From Blasia pusilla (Eukaryota), in assembly GCA_050084515.1 (NCBI GenBank), contig CM114271.1, positions 37,138,001 through 37,202,000 of the forward strand: a stretch of DNA of 64,000 bases, given 5' to 3'. Below the pieces are notes generated by a model. That model searched no databases, was not told the origin of the DNA, and worked only from the letters and a program-made list of their open reading frames with translations. Within the stretch, counting starts at the first letter, position 1; every line of letters starts with the position of its first letter. The position numbers and the translations under genes were made by a program. Positions 50,300 through 64,000 of this stretch are shown here, piece by piece.

Positions 50300-53200
50300 C
50301 AAACCACCTATGAATCCTACATCCATTCATCTTTATCCCATTCAAAGCCAATATTGAGGAATATCTTCCCATGGATAGAGAGGGCAAAGGCCCTAACAAC
50401 AAGTAAAAAATAGAAGCATAGCTGCAACAATAAAGCTTAATATAACAATTCAGTAAATCATTACCACTAAATGCAAAATTCAAACAAAAAAGTAGTGTAT
50501 CAAGAGAAAAATGAAACATATTACTGGTTTCACTTCAACTTCACCAAAGAAAACTTGTTCTACTTGGCTTGGAAACACAAAGGGATCATAATTTATTGGA
50601 AGAAGCTTTTTGCAATTAGCCAACAAGAAACCATTCTCACCTCTAATCATTGTTGGATCAGGAGGGCCCCATACAGATTGAACCCATTTCCCCCTCATCA
50701 ACACCACGTGCTGATCTTTCACTCCATACTCTAATGCAATGTTATCAGTAACTATCCCAATATAAGTATCTTCTTTTACTTGTGAATTGCTATTATTCTT
50801 TGATAAGAATATAACTGCTATCCCTGAGAAAATGAATTACTTTTGGTACCATTTTCAATCCTATAATGATTCCCATTTTCTTGTAAGAGAGGTAATTCCG
50901 TGATGGAGGCACAAATAGTTTTAGTGCCATATCATCTACCTCCTTCCCCTCACCAACCCATTTCCTGATCTTGGGTCGTATCCAATCAGAGAAATATTCC
51001 TCGCCCGCCCCCTCGACATTGTATCTTCTACGTGTCAAAATTATAAATATGTGGTAAAGTTAGCAACCAGTAGATAGCACTTACAAATAATGAGAAATAT
51101 TTTCATCACTTTCATAATCAATCATAAAACTAACATGCTTACTCCATCCAAGAAGTGAAGCATTCACTATTTTCCAAGACGTATTTGTGTGCCACTTCCA
51201 CTATTTCGGTTAACAATTGTTGCTTAATAGCAGGCCCTTCCATCACCTTGCCAATCACACCCTCCTCTTCACATTTATTCCACTTTTGTTTGTAAAATCT
51301 TGTAATCTTACATGTTCTTTGTAATGAAGCCCAATGCCTCATCAAGAATATAACCTTCAGCCATACAAGCTTTGGGCCTAGTTCTAGACCTAACGTAACC
51401 TTTCAAGACACCTAGATACCTCTCGATTGGATACATCCATCGATTTGCAACAGAGCCACATATATCAAGCTCCTCCACTAAGTGAACCATGAGATGGGTC
51501 ATGACATCAAAGAAATAAGGAGGAAAGTGAATCTCCATCAAGCATAACGTGGTTAATACATCCTCTTTCAAAGACTTCATTTCAGAGGGATCCCACATTT
51601 TCGCACAAAGCCGTTGAAAGAGCCGCAACATGCGCATGATGATCATTCTTACATGAGCCTCCATGAGACCCCTTAAACAAAATGGAAACACTTGTTTCAT
51701 GAAAACATGCAAGTCATTGGACTTTAAGCTACCAAGCTTATTTCGGAGAAGGTGCTTTTGTAAAGCACATGCCGCCACTGGGCACTTTCAGTGCACTTAC
51801 TCTAGAATATAAAATCTTCATCTCATCAACACTTAGCACATAATCTGCTCTAGGTTTCAACTTAACTGTGGGTCTATGAGGATGGGATTAAAGCCATAAG
51901 TGAGGACGGATTCCTCTAACCTCCAAGTCTTGCCTTGCTTGGACATAATCCTTCTTTGGAAAACCAAATATGGTTTTGATGGTATTATATGCAATGTTCT
52001 TCTCACAATGCATCAAATCCAAAGCGTGTCGAATCAACAAATCTTGGAAAAAGAAATAAAGAATCCCGTCAAGAGACTTTCATTACCAACTGATATGGTC
52101 TGATATTCCAAGGGCATTTCTACAATTAATTAAGCATGCATAATTTCTTACCTTCCAATAAGGCAAGTAAAAAAGTACACTCCTTTTTTGGACACCGTAG
52201 ATCTTGTAGGGATCTATGATATAAGATCCACCTCTTCTTTTCCGTATTCTTGGGGCAACATCATACTACATCTTCAAATCGGCCAACTCCAAGATCTCCA
52301 CACTTGATACTCGACTCGGAGTTGCACGCATCTCAAATGTACGATTGAACAAGTTTGCCATATTTCTCTCCCATATGGATGCCCTATGTTTTTGTATCCT
52401 CTGTGACCTTGAAATGTGGGCTTGTGTAGAGGTTTTGAATAGTAGGAGTCTACATCAGGTCCACAAATGGAGCACCCTAATAACCCCTTGGTTGCTTGAC
52501 CCGAAATCACCCCCAAACCAAGATAGTCATTAATTGTCCATATCACCATAGCTCAAAGAAGGAACCTCCCCCTTCCTTCTGGATGGGTGCTATCATATTC
52601 TTGAACTCCCCTCCACAAAAATTGCAACTCATCTACAAGTGGAGCTGAATACACATCAAGATTGCTAGATGTTATAGACTCCTTTCTAGGAATGATAAGA
52701 GCCAATTGGAGAAAAAATGTCTTTGTGCAAAACCAAGGAGGTAGATTATAATTGACTTACACAACAAGCAAGATAGACCATCTATTGTTCTTATCGCTAA
52801 ATGGGTGTACTCCATCCAAGGCTAGTCCAAGTCTACAACTACGAGGGTCTTTTGCAAAATCAGGCCACATTTCATCTATGTGTTTCCATGGCTTGGAATC
52901 CCCTGGATGTCTAACCTTGCCATCTACACTTTTTTTGCAACTAGTCTATTTCATTCATTAAAAAATGGATCTACATGTGTACAACTGTTTCAATGGAGGA
53001 ATGATGGGGAAGTGCCTTAGGACCTTTGTGGCTATCTTGCACTTGCCGACGTCCTTAAACCTATGAGCATTGCACTTTGAGCATTGAGCCAACTCAGATT
53101 GCGCTCCTTGGAATAACATGCATCCATTAGGAAAAGCATGGATTTGCACGTAGTTAAGTCCTAGATTGGATATTAGTTTTTTTGCAGCATAATGATTTTT

Positions 53201-53870
53201 AGGGACAAGATTATCGACAAGTAGGAATTGTAACCATAAGAACTTCAAGAGCTCATCCACGGTTACATTCGACATGCTATCCATACTACATATATTCAAA
53301 AATATCATTGTGAATGCTAGAATACTGGTTTGGCTTCCATGGAATAGAGCTTGACATGCGCTCTTCAAGGATCTAGAGTATGTTTCTAAATCTTCATCTC
53401 GTATGTTTTCATACAAATCTTCGGTCCTTGTCTTAAAAGGAACCTCATAAGATTGGTCTTCAACTTCCATTGGTTCATTAATATCACATTCAAGATCCTC
53501 CATGTCCCCTTGATCAAAGCAATGGAATGCTTCAATGATCATTCTAGGAATCTCCAATCCCTTATCAAAACTATCTTGTTGGTTGATCTGATCTACACTT
53601 TGGGTCAAAGTTGGATTATCTTGCATCCTCTCAAAATTCAACCTTTGTGATTTCCACTCTTATTGATAGGAGTCATAATCAATTGTATTTCTCCAAATCC
53701 TTCTCAGAGGATACCGCTTATATTCAATCAAGTGTTTTTCTACTACATGCAAGAATCTTAACTTGATTCCCTTTCACTAATTACAAGGAAATCTAAGCTT
53801 TTGTAGCCCTAGGACCCTTGCTGCCTCCTTTTCTCTTTGCCGGAGTTTCTCATCATGGAGAGCAATTTGA
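50300..53870 (-). pseudogene. CACTA TnpD transposase
   Basis: IHAFPNGCMLF..CSKCNAHRF..KVLRHFPIIP, LGLALDGVHPF, WTINDYLGLG..GCSIC, LKSNDLHVF, FFDVMTHLMVHL..RWMYPIERYLGVLKGYVR, DPFVFPSQVEQVFF. Confidence 0.92.
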
Positions 53871-53957
53871 CTTGGATCCGAGAGTTCTTTCCTTTCCATA
53901 TATGCACAACTTGAAATCACTCAAAAAGGCTATATCCAAGATTTTATGAATAAGGTC

Positions 53958-54090
<133 letters not shown>

Positions 54091-55112
54091 GAAGACATCG
54101 AAACCCTATTTTTGTCTCCAATGATGTCGAATGAAGGGTTTTGACAGCATGATCAAATAGAGTACTACTGCATAGAGTTCTCGAATCAATCCTCATGTGA
54201 ATCTTGCGAGAGAAAAAATTTGGATAGGCGGAGAAAGGATTCGAAAGGCAAAGAGAAGTCTTGGAACGTGAGAAGAAAGGGGCTTGAAAGCCAAGAGTTC
54301 AAATAAGAGAGAGATAAAGCCAAGCATTCCGAAGCAAACATACCTCAATACAAACTCGAACGATTCATCACATTACACTTCCTAAACGATGTGTGCTCCA
54401 CTACCCACACACAATACTGAGAGAGAGGAATCACAATTCCAAGCCCTAAAAAAAATATTGCGTGCTCATATACTTTACAATTTAGCCCCTGCCATAAGCT
54501 TGGACCCCTCAGAGATCTTGATTGTATGTAAGACTTGGTATGTAGGAACTCTCACCTTTTCGGAAAGGTATATGCACGAGAGACTTTTATAAGTTTATAT
54601 GTTTCAAATCTTACATCAGAAAAAAAAAATATCCCGTGAATATAAGAGTAGGAGTGTCATCATACTATTGTTTCCTTTGCGAATGATTTTAAGCCACGTG
54701 ATATAATATTTTATGGTACTAGACTAGATTAGTTGTAGTTCTAGTATTATAAAATCCATGTCATTTACATAATTTTTTATTTTAAAATTAATTTATTATT
54801 ATTCCTAACTTACACGTGTCTATTATTTAGTACTTTTTAACTAGTTGTAACTACATTTAGTTTTTCCAACTGAAGTTAGTATCTATGTAGGACATGTCGT
54901 TATTAAAAAATGATAAGATTAAAATTTATCATTGTCAAAAATTTTAATAATATAATGCTAATGCCATATCATTACCTTGTAGTTCATCCTAGTTGTAAAA
55001 TAAAACTAACATATGACATGTCATCATTTTATGTCTAACTAGTTGTATATGTAGTGTTATCGGACGTAGTTGTAAGTATCCTAGTGTTAAAAATATGTAT
55101 TTCCTTCTAGTG

Positions 55113-57128
55113 ACTGCACACGCTACAGCATGTGTCTAACACACCTTAGGCATGTTCTTCTCATTCAGCATAGCTCGTGCTGCCTCAGCAATATGTCGAT
55201 TCTTCCTCTTAGCCATTCCATTTTGTTTGAGGGTGTAACGGTAAGTCACTTGACGTTGGATGTCATTCTGACGTAAGTAGTTATCAAATTCTGTTGAAAG
55301 ATATTGGCTTCCTCTATCGCAACGCAATTTCATAATGTATTCTTTAGTCTGCTTCTCTACTATAAATTTGAATGTTTGGAATACTAAGAATACCTATGAC
55401 TTGGCTTTGAGAAAGTATACCCATATATATCTAGAGAAGTCATAAATAAATGAAACAAAGTACTAGCAACCACTAAGACTATGTTGTGATGTTGTCCACA
55501 CATCACTATGAATCAACTCCAATATCTTGGATGTTCTTGTATCTTGCTTTGGAAAAGGAAATCTAGCTTGTTTTCTAAATTGGCAAGCAAGATATACCTC
55601 TAACGTAGCAAGACTCGCTAATTTAGGAAGTCGTATTACTAGATTAGATGATGAAAGAATCTCTAATCTTTGAAGATTCATATGTCCAATTCTCTTATGC
55701 CACACATTTAAATCTGTGACTTGTTGGCCAATTTGACCATACATTGATGTTTGAATCTCTGGCACAAAAATATCTAATTTGAACATTATGCCAGATCTAG
55801 TTCCTTTGGCTGTCGTAGTCTGGTCATCCATTGTTTCAATGAAATAACCACATGTGTTAAACTTCACTTGATAATCATGTTCTACTATCTGTCCCACAAA
55901 GATCAAATTTCTTGCGATGGTAGGAACATAGAGAATATTTCCAAAAGCACAAAGGTCATCTGATGTTATTGGAACTTTATCGGTATGTGTGATATGATGT
56001 TGAGTGTCATCTCTTGTGAGCATAATTGTAGGATCTTTCACCGGCTCCAAATTACTGAACCATTTAGCTTGTGAGGTCATCTGATTTGATGCACCAGAGT
56101 CAATATACCAATGTGTTGTCGGATCTTTCTTGACCATTCCTCATATATGATGAGTCATGACCAACAGATGCTCAATTTGTGAATATTGTTGTTTTTGGTA
56201 ATGCCCTTGATGTTGTTGCTCCATATAGTTTTGTTGCTCTAAGGTTCATGTTCACATATGTGCTTTCTTCTTGAAATAAAACTTTGCATAGTGATCCTTT
56301 ATCCCACATTAATTACAAGATCCAAGGACCCTTTGCTATTGACCTTGACCCCAACGGTTTCCACAAATCATCACCTTGTGATTGTGTTTGGTACTGATTT
56401 GTAGTTGATTGAGTAACATTATATTGAGTGCCTCTCCCTCCATGTTTTTTATATCCACCACGATCACAGAAGCTTTTGCCACGACCCGTGCCTTTATTTG
56501 GTCCATTATCTGCGAATAGAGCACTCTCTTGCAGACTAGACAAGCTACCGTTACCTATTAGGCGTATCTCCTCATTGATTAATAGTGGGACTAACTCTTG
56601 AAAGGTTGGATACTTCTCTCTCACCGAGATAAAGGTCTCAAAGGACTTGTAATCCTTTTAAAGACTTTCAAGAGTGAACAAAATCAGATCATCATTTTCA
56701 ACTGTCACTCCAATGCTATTAAACTCATCAACAATATGTATGATGTTCAAAATACAATCATTGATGCTCTACGATCCTTTCCTCACTTCATTCAACTGTT
56801 GTTTCAATTGAAGTTTTATGACCTTTGTAGATGTCTTGAACAATATTTCCAATGCATCCCATGGCTCCTTCGCAATATCAACACCTTGAATGTAATTTAT
56901 CATTGGCGAAATGATCGTTATTGAAATGTAGTGGATTACTTGCCTTGCTTGTTTGTTCTAAGTGCGAACATTCAAATTTTTTAGTCACCTTTTGGCTTGG
57001 CCTCAATACTTGTGACAAACTCCCATAGTTCTTGACCCATGCAAAATTGTTTCATGCAAAACTTCCAGACATTGTAATTTTGCTTATCTAGCTTATCGCT
57101 TGTGATTGTTGTTGAAGAATACTCCATG
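55113..57128 (-). pseudogene. Ty1/Copia Gag-protease-integrase, cut in the integrase by the CACTA terminus
   Basis: KLDKQNYNVWKF (Gag), WYIDSGASNQMT (protease), WHKRIGHMN (GAG-pre-integrase), ELIHSDVW, LRCDRGSQY..QNGMAKRKNRHI (integrase core). Confidence 0.92.
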
Positions 57129-57599
57129 ACAAACGATTTCAATCCTAAAACGTAATTTCAGGCATTCCACTGCTCCAATTGAAGCATGGACCATTCCTAC
57201 ACATAAATCAATCTAAAATTTGCCAAAATTGATCAACTCTATGAAAAAATTAGTCGAAATTAGGCTGTAGAGAGCAAACTACACAGCTTTTATTCACTAA
57301 TTGCACTTTCCTACACTGAAATTGCTATTGCAAGAGCTCATAATGTCAAAATCGAGTGATTTTGGATGCGTTGGAAAGCTCTCAAAGAGCTCTATTACAC
57401 AATTAGAGCATGTACAAGCAAACCTAACCATGATCTTAACCATAGTTTTGAGTTAGACTAACAGCGATTAACTAATCTTAGTTAAGATAATCGCACGTAA
57501 CATACTAACCAAGATTAAGCTTCCCTACTTCGTGTGAGTGCCAAATATAGCACTTCAAGTGTCTCATGAGCTTGAATATAATTCAATCTTCAAGAAAAA

Positions 57600-58520
57600 T
57601 TAGGATGTAGCATATCTTCGAGTATTGTATATGAAGTTACATATTATTTAGGAAAAGATAAAGGTAGAAAATTTCAATCATGGAAACCAAAACTAAGGTA
57701 GAAGACTTGATTCCCTACTCAAGGTCTATAGAGGTAAAATTGCCAAGGTCGACATCAACAACAATAACCATACAAATAATGTAATAGCAATTGTTGAGGT
57801 GGAGGAAAAGACCGCAATCAAGGTTATCGACCACTTCGGTCTTGCAACTGATATATGATTTAAGATCATTGTGACAAAGAATTCTTTAAGAAATATAAAA
57901 ATATTAGGTTTGAAGTCATTTGAAATGAATTATGTGGAGTAGCATAAGAGTGATTCGAAAATGTCGACTATTTGACTATCATTGAGTTAGAAATTGCAAA
58001 TACCAATGATAGGGAATGATATATCAATTTAGGAATACGAAGTCTTCTGAATGCAAAGAAAAATGGTCCACCAATAGAGAATCTTTGAGAAATCAATCAA
58101 TTATTATAGTTTAGTTATACAAAGATAATGGACATCATCAAATTATCCTCATTTGTATAATTTCAATCATTCTTCTATTCTCTAGCATTGATATTTGGGA
58201 AATGTTATAAGTGTATCTACTATAATTAAAAATTTGATCTCTATATAATATACGATTTAAAAGAATTATAAGATTTTGTTGGATAAAAGAAGGTTGGATG
58301 TTGAATTATCCACCAAATAGTAGCAAGGGGAAGTACATCCAATAGGATAAAATTAGATTTTACAACACATGTTGTAGAAGCAGTAATCTATGGACAAGGT
58401 AGTCCAAAGGAAGAAATTTTGGAAACTTTGAATAAATGATAAGACACATCAACAATCATTGATTGAAGAGTCTACAAAACTTTAACAAAAAAGTAAGAGT
58501 ATCATATTTTATTTCCCTTG
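57600..58520 (+). pseudogene. Highly degraded second Copia Gag/Pol relic
   Basis: Remnants resembling RGRGGGK, W-Y-I-D, NLISI and RHIN motifs, with many stops. Confidence 0.35.
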
Positions 58521-60299
58521 GTATTCGCTCACAAGTTGTCATGTTTTACCATTTAATAGATAAGCAAGGAATAAATTTGTAAGATTTTTTTTTTGTTTGT
58601 ATTAAGAATGTAAACCAAATATAAATATCCAAGACTGTATATGGAAAATGTCTGTATGGGCAAACATATCAATGTTCATGGATTTATGTGCATGCTATGG
58701 AAGGACTTGTTCATGAGGCCTCCATCTTCCCCTTCTTTCTCATTCCCTCCATTTTCGTTCATGTTCTATACTTTATTGTATCATGTCATGTCGAGAGCTT
58801 TTCTTCGAGTATGGATGGACCTTCTAGTGCGGCAAACGTGGTTGATGGACGGTGAATACTATAAGAAGTTATCTTTTTTCAATATAGAATTATTATATAA
58901 ACCCTCTATTCTCTCACGATAGAAAGCACGAATGGTAGTGCCGAGGTCATCACTTCTTCATAACATCGAACCCAAAAATTCCTAACTATGAAATCCGTGT
59001 AAATTACGCTTATACACAAGAAATGTAACACAACTAGTGTTAAACCCTACTCAAGCAAGCCTATTAGCTTCCATTGATCACTATATAAGAACATATAACG
59101 TACAATCCCATATCCTTCCATGCGTGACAATAGAAAAAATTCACCAGAATTGGACACTACATGAGTAGGTTCATGAATGCCTTCCCAAAATGATAAACTA
59201 GATAGCGAGTAAACCAATGCCTATCTATGAAGAGAACCTTCACGTGGTAAAGGTTAAGGAAAGGAAAATCGGATACAACTCGTGCTCCACCCCTATCCAT
59301 ACTTTACGGACATTCTCTATTCTTCTCAAGAATGGATTTTGGTGGAGTTGTTCTCCCAAGAGGAATAATCCACTCTCATTGGGAAAATAACAAGCCGAAA
59401 CCATCCACTATCTCTAGTATGACTAAACTCCCTAAGATGATAAGTCTCTCATCTCCACACATACCACACTTTAGAATCTTTTCGAATAATAGATCATGGT
59501 CAAGTTATTCTCCCAAGATGGATAATCCACTCTCATTAGAGGAGCAAGCAAGTCCAGTGTCATCGATTCAAGAGTGACACGAGAAATTCAAGAAATGTAG
59601 CAGAAGGTGATGAACCCTTGAAGGTCCCTCCTCTTTATATAGTCTCAAGGGATCCACGAGAGTATAAAATATGATTAATCTTAACTTGTGCCACATGGCT
59701 TCCTTTCAAGACTTAGCCAATCCCCTTTTGATACAAGTAGATTACATATTATCTCCTCCAAAATATTATCATCAACTCACTTCATATTCTCCAAACTATC
59801 CGAACTACCGTGACCATCAACCTAGACTACTTTTGTTTTTCTTTCATTAATACACCGACCCACTACTTTACTTTTATACTTCCATATCTTATTTATTACC
59901 TATTTTCCTAAAGTTTGGCCATCCTAAAGAGGTTTAAACATGGAATTTTCATTTTTCCTGAGCTAATTTACTTAATACTAATAAAATTATCTTTAATACT
60001 TAATGAGAGAGGAGTTTATATAGTGGGCGGTTTTAATATATGACACCGATTTCTTCCTCCCTCTACCTCCACTCCATATCCTTGTATTGCTCCATTTTCC
60101 CGTGCCCTACCTTCCATCATAAGCTATGAAGGATGAGCCCTACCTCTTATAATTCATGGATATGGACATCCCCATACATGTCCGTCCATATTCGTCCTAA
60201 GGACAAACTTGTATGTTTTTTTGCAATTATGCTTATACCTACCTTTCAACAATAGATTTATGGCCTAGAGATCAAAATTTTATAATCAACATACCCTTC

Positions 60300-61100
60300 C
60301 TAAATATTTTACATAATTTTGAAATGTTTGACGAAGATCAACCTAAAGATTTATAATGGGAAAATGGAACATAATTTATTCAGAGCTCTTATTGGTGTGA
60401 ATAATTTCAAGAAGACATCTCTGTTTCCACATAAAACAAACCATAAAAAAATATGGTGTATTGGAAAACGATGATCATGGCTTATTACCACATTTGATCG
60501 TCTTCATTTTAGACCCTTTCCAAAATGTATATTGTTACAAATCGACAATCATAAGAATGATAACAATAGTTGGAAAATGGTTTCCTTTTCAAAGTAATAT
60601 TTTGGGCTTCAATGATTAGCTATGCATATAAGGATGTTGATGCAATGTTCTCCAAAATAAATGTCGCATTAGCCTACAAACTTATTATATCTCTATTCCG
60701 ATTGATAGAAACGACATAGAGTTGGGAGTTTGGAAATTCAATGATCTTTTATTTAATGTAAGAGGTTGCGAATTATAATGTTAGTACACACCCTTCTATT
60801 ACATATATAGGAGGGAATTATTGACCAATTGGATTTATTGCTTTAATTTATGGTAACATTCATATTTATCGAGTTAGCGCAAGCTTGATAATTTGATAAT
60901 TACTTATGAATGGAAGATGCATATGGCAAAAATTCCAAAAAATCCCTTGTGGATTTTGGGTTCAATTGACATCAAAGAAATTTATAAATGAATATTTATC
61001 TTATCAATGTATCCTTGATCCATATGCATTCAATTCGTCCAATTATTCATATACTATAAAAGGGTTGTTAACTAAACTTGGAGGGAATAATAATACAACT
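60300..61100 (+). pseudogene. Very degenerate DDE transposase relic, possibly Sola-like (LQxDN..GHTHEDID type)
   Basis: LQIDNHKNDNNS at ~60535 and YAYKDVDAMFS at ~60620 have the spacing of the LQLDNCxxxNKN..GHTHxDIDxxFS motif pair. Confidence 0.4.
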
Positions 61101-64000
61101 ACTTTAAATATTTGTGAAAAACTCCCTAATATGTAATGATTGATTGAGTACAAGTAGAAAGTAAAAGATGTTTTGAATGCAAGAGATGGGGCTTCGCCTA
61201 ATGAAGGTGGAAGTTCTATTTTAGAAAGATTTTGCCCAAGAACCAATCATGGAATATGTAAGATTATTTTCATACAAAGAACCATAGTTATTTCAATGGA
61301 TTCCCAATTAAATGATAAGGGCCTAGACATTATGAAGGATATCTTGCTGACAGAATGATCGTGAATTTTCTATAAGAGACTATTGTAATTTAGGAATAAG
61401 ATGAAACTTTTGCCTTTGATATGATAAAGTGGATGAAGGAATCCACTTCACTATACTTTTAGAGGTCAAAGAAGAAAAAATTTTTTTTTTTATCAAAATG
61501 ACTATATGTATAAGGGATGATTCCAAAGAGATCTTTGAACAAATATTGAAAACCAAAGACTTTGGAAATTCCCAACGACAAGTATAAGGTACATTATCAT
61601 CTTCATAATGCTTTATCCACTAGACACTCTATCTATAAATTCAGGAATATTTTTATATATTTAATGCATAAGTTTTTTTGGTAAGTAGATTTACTTGTAA
61701 TTTTCAAAAACTATATTTCAAAAAAACCATCATTACATGGATGATTAAATTTTATTAGAATGATGCTACATTAGAACTAGATTATTTATAAATCTTCTAG
61801 TGGACATGTGTGCAATGTGAAGGTTAGTGATGGGTAATTTAAATAACCCATCATTAACATAAAATAGAAATAATGATTTAACTAATTCCCACAATTGTGA
61901 AATGATCTCTTAAATCTACTCCAAATGGTTTTATTGCCTAAGAGGGCCATATGCCAAAAGGAGGGGAGTTTGAAAATTAAAGGGATACTTTACAATAATA
62001 AAATAGATCCTCGTTCTTACTTAAAGATTTTTTAATGACATAAATTTCCAATCCTTATTTTCCATATTATTTATTATTATTATAAGATTAAATATAATAT
62101 TTGAATTTTTCAACAAACATTACTCCAAACTCCAAACTATGTAATGTTTGTAGTAGCATTGCCAATGTTTGTAGTACATAATATGGTAAAAGCTATGGAA
62201 TGGCATTGCCAATTTGAAATTAAAATAAAATTAATTTTACCACTCAACTTACATTATTAGCTTAAGAACTAAAAAAATATGTGTTGGAGATTGAACCAAA
62301 AATTCACATAGTAATTTTATTTCTTAAATTATTTTGAACAAGGTTTTCCAATATAGAAGAGCTATGATAAGTTGAGATTATAAAATTATAAAATCCCTGA
62401 TTTTTTTCTATGCAAAAAATAGTAGTAAATTATTTCTTAAAATTTAAAATATCACTCATTGAAATTTATCCTTGAATTAATCATAAAAAATAGCATATCA
62501 GATGTTTGGTTTTAGAAAATGGATTTTTAAAGATAAAAACAGTATTTATTGATCTCATTGGATACATCATACACGAATTTCTTAAGTGAGATTCCATCAT
62601 GAAATATATTCAGAAAAAACATACCCAACGGAAAAAAAATCGAGGTCAAAGTTATGTCGTTGGGAATATCCAACTAGGAACCTTTCAAGCCAGATTTCAG
62701 CCGCTACAAATATCCATCTAGAAAATTCCTAAGTTAGATTGTGGTTGGATATAGTCATTATGATAGTTTCAATCAAATTTGTTTCTCAAATCAGATCTCC
62801 TGGAAATATGCAACCAAAAATGTCAATTGGAAAGTTTTCAAGCTAGGGTCATCATAAGTTTTTCGATCACATTCTATGTCTTCTAAAATTCTTTGATGAC
62901 AATACGCTCTACGAAGAATTTATAGAACGCATTTGTTGGTTGGAAATACCCTACAAAGAATGTTTATAAAAAACAATGTAATAACCAATCTATACTATTA
63001 TTGGAGAGTTTCTTTTTTTATTTGCAAACATTTGTCTACATGACACGTGGCAACTGGACAGAAAAATAATAAAATCCCATATTAGGCGAGAAAAAAAAGT
63101 AGAATTTGTGTGTATCATGATTAGTCCCTTCACTCTCGTGCATGGCACGTTTATACATGCATGTACACTAATTTTTCATACTCACATGTCTTTTCATGGC
63201 ACTTCTGGTATGATCATCATGCCTATTCATCATCCTAGAGTCGAGATAAGCGGGACGTACACTTTGGCAAGAATGAGCACACATGCCGAATTCGAACTCA
63301 TGACTTGTTGTTTCGCATTGGGGTAGTTACTCATAACGATAAAGCCTCCTGCACACTTACATGGAGAACGTAGAAACTTTATTCTCATTCCACATGGGAA
63401 TTTGGAAGAGACATCATAGTTAACTAACTCTTTTGAAAAGAGTTAGTTAACTATTATGCCTTCGATGATGAATAAGGCCGAGGAATGTAAGTATCACACT
63501 CATGCTTCTACATCCATGGTGTCACCCGAAATCATGCATTTTTCTGAAGTTTGGACCCTTAGATTTGGAAAGTATGATTCCACTCCCACGTGCTTTTTAA
63601 CCAATATTTACAATTTAAAATAATTATAACTTTAAATTAGGAGGGGCAAAACTACTCATCACTCTCATCTCCATCTTTATATCTGTCCCCTCGAATTAAT
63701 AATATCACAACCCAAAACCCAAGAGTCCCCTCCCTACGAGAAAAGGATCTATACCATAGATCAAGGCAATTTAAACAAGTGTCGGGTGATGATGTTGAGA
63801 GTAATGATGACATTTCCAACAAAAGCCAGTACGTATTATCAAAGGAGCTGGAGCGAATCATGACGCGTACCGCAATACAAAGCCGTAAGTGAAACATATC
63901 CCGATCAACAACTAGTGTGCGGGGCGCGTTTTAGAGGAGAATTAATTATTATATTCTTGTGACTGAAGGATACGTGAATCAATTAAAAGTGAAGAAAAAA

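Overview
Eukaryotic, land-plant-type genomic DNA (spliceosomal introns, plant-type VAMP71 and ORC6; a non-seed plant is plausible but the species cannot be determined here). Two intact host genes lie on the minus strand at 7.2-15.1 kb: VAMP714-like and ORC6. Most of the rest is nested, decayed transposons: Gypsy, Copia, Helitron, CACTA and a Mutator-like element. The notable part is 23.2-47.9 kb. A tandemly repeated ~10-kb unit pairs a Mutator-like (MULE) DDE transposase with a divergently oriented, intron-containing gene that fuses a ParB/Srx-like domain to a bacterial beta-class N4C/N6A-type DNA methyltransferase. The unit's non-coding DNA is studded with one 27-bp CpG-rich palindrome. Inserted into the transposase is a Ty3/Gypsy retroelement whose Pol carries a DNMT3-like C5 cytosine methyltransferase and a PHD-finger integrase, and whose LTRs look circularly permuted. 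All TE-borne genes in this window have stops or frameshifts. Domain calls come from manual motif recognition, not database searches.
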